Shown here: positions 62,887-64,000 of the stretch, piece after piece
Numbering within the stretch: the stretch's first letter is position 1
Layout of the letters: every line of letters begins with the position of its first letter
Assembly: GCA_945910395.1 (NCBI GenBank)
Contig: CAMDYX010000007.1
Span: forward strand, 3,588 to 67,587
Direction: 5' to 3'
DNA length: 64,000 nt
From: an uncultured Agathobacter sp.
GTDB lineage: Bacteria > Bacillota > Clostridia > Lachnospirales > Lachnospiraceae
Position numbers and translations under genes: made by a program
The notes under the pieces: model-generated
What the model was told of the DNA's origin: nothing
Database searches by the model: none
Seen by the model: the letters and a program-made list of their open reading frames with translations, nothing else

Positions 62887-62959
62887 GCCGATATGGCTCA
62901 GTAGGTAGAGCGTCTCACTCGTAATGAGAAGGTCAGGGGTTCGAATCCCCTTATCGGCT
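62887..62959 (+). tRNA. tRNA-Thr(CGT), CCA not encoded
   Basis: Acceptor stem GCCGATA/TATCGGC, anticodon arm TCTCA-CTCGTAA-TGAGA, T-arm AGGGG-TTCGAAT-CCCCT. Confidence 0.95.
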
Positions 62960-63008
62960 TTCAGAGTCGTATATTTGCGGCTCTTTCTTAATAATAAGGA
63001 GACAAACG

Positions 63009-63341
63009 ATGAAGGAAAAGTTCTCAAAGATCTGGGATTTGATAAAAAAGAATAAGCAGCTGGTTACGATTGGTTTATATGCTGTTGTGATGCTTGCGGC
63101 AATTCTTACGGGAATTTTCGGATTGACTCAGGCTGCAGCTGCAGTATGTATTGTAGTTGTTATAGAGGCTGCAATTGCCGCTCTTATGCATAATGTGGAA
63201 ATCTGGATTCACGGGATTGTGTTGGTTATTGAAATTATTGCGGGAATCCTTATCTCAAGGGTGCCGCTTATCATCTTATGTGCAGTTGTCTATGTGGTAA
63301 CGATTTTAGCACTTAGAGTACTTTATAAAGGAAAGGAATAA
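63009..63341 (+). CDS. Small hypothetical membrane protein
   Basis: AAGGAG RBS; about four hydrophobic segments. Confidence 0.7.
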   Translation: MKEKFSKIWDLIKKNKQLVTIGLYAVVMLAAILTGIFGLTQAAAAVCIVVVIEAAIAALMHNVEIWIHGIVLVIEIIAGILISRVPLIILCAVVYVVTILALRVLYKGKE

Positions 63342-63344
63342 AAT

Positions 63345-63869
63345 ATGGATAGTGACAGTTACAGTCAGAAGCAGCTTGATGATTTGTTTTTACGGATGAT
63401 TTCCTTCTATGAAGGAGATCCAAAAAGAATTCAGCATTTTACAAAGGTTCACAGTTTTTCCAGAATTATCGGAATCGAGGAAGAGCTGGATGATACCACC
63501 TTGTTTATCCTTGAGGCAGCAGCCTATATCCATGACATCGGGATACGACCGGCAGAAGAAAAGTATGGAAAATGCGATGGAAAGCTTCAGGAGCAGGAGG
63601 GACCGATTTATGCCCAGCAGATATTATCGGAGCTGGGATTTGAGAACTACATGATCGAGAGAATCTGTTATCTCATCGGACACCATCATACATACACAAA
63701 TGTTGAAGGAATGGATTATCAAATACTGATCGAAGCGGATTTCTTGGTAAATCTCTTCGAAGATGACTTAAGCGACCGTGAAATCCAGAGTGTATATGAA
63801 CGCATTTTTAAAACCGAGACCGGAAAACGACTCTTCTGTGAAATGTACGGATATGCGGAGGAAGTATGA
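63345..63869 (+). CDS. HD-domain phosphohydrolase
   Basis: H...IHDIG...GHHH...EAD. Confidence 0.85.
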   Translation: MDSDSYSQKQLDDLFLRMISFYEGDPKRIQHFTKVHSFSRIIGIEEELDDTTLFILEAAAYIHDIGIRPAEEKYGKCDGKLQEQEGPIYAQQILSELGFENYMIERICYLIGHHHTYTNVEGMDYQILIEADFLVNLFEDDLSDREIQSVYERIFKTETGKRLFCEMYGYAEEV

Positions 63870-64000
63870 ATAAGATCAATTATCAGACCATGATGGAGTC
63901 TTTGATAAAGGAACATTGTGACGTGGGAGAAATCCCGCGTCTTTTGTTACACAGCTGCTGCGGTCCCTGTAGCTCTTACTGTATAAAGCTTTTGTCGGAG
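63866..64000 (+). CDS. queH: Epoxyqueuosine reductase QueH (DUF208), 3' end outside window
   Basis: Not in the ORF track; translates as MNKINYQ...PRLLLHSCCGPCSSY, with GGAGG RBS and ATGA overlap. Confidence 0.85.
   Translation, partial: MNKINYQTMMESLIKEHCDVGEIPRLLLHSCCGPCSSYCIKLLSE

Overview
Chromosomal window from a low-GC, spore-forming Clostridia bacterium; the gene order and protein families suggest Lachnospiraceae (inference). From about 24 to 64 kb it is mostly core genome: MCP, EAL protein, pseudouridine synthase-ligA-metA, glgCD, asp23-nusB-xseAB-ispA-dxs-tlyA-nadK-argR-recN-spoIVB, a 9.7 kb block separating spoIVB from spo0A, glgA, potABCD, tRNA-Thr and queH. The main finding is at 3.3-23.9 kb. 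A tyrosine recombinase gene lies between perfect 23-bp inverted repeats (3353-3375 and 4747-4769). The 1.4 kb segment they enclose also carries a near-consensus sigmaA promoter, which currently points away from the downstream genes and into a terminator. Inversion would aim it at a surface-glycan locus encoding sortase B, an LCP ligase, a Thr/Ala/Val-rich SPKTG-anchored protein, two GTs, unusual Wzm and Wzt fusions, three ribofuranosyltransferase-like proteins and an FrhB-pyruvyltransferase fusion. This reads as a self-inverting phase-variation switch, assembled in the OFF state, controlling a possible LCP-dependent cell-wall glycoprotein system. Also seen: two Rpn-family genes with probable intragenic antitoxin starts, an Arg/Asp-repeat small protein, an orphan antitoxin and several structured intergenic repeats. 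All calls come from reading motifs by eye; no database searches were run.
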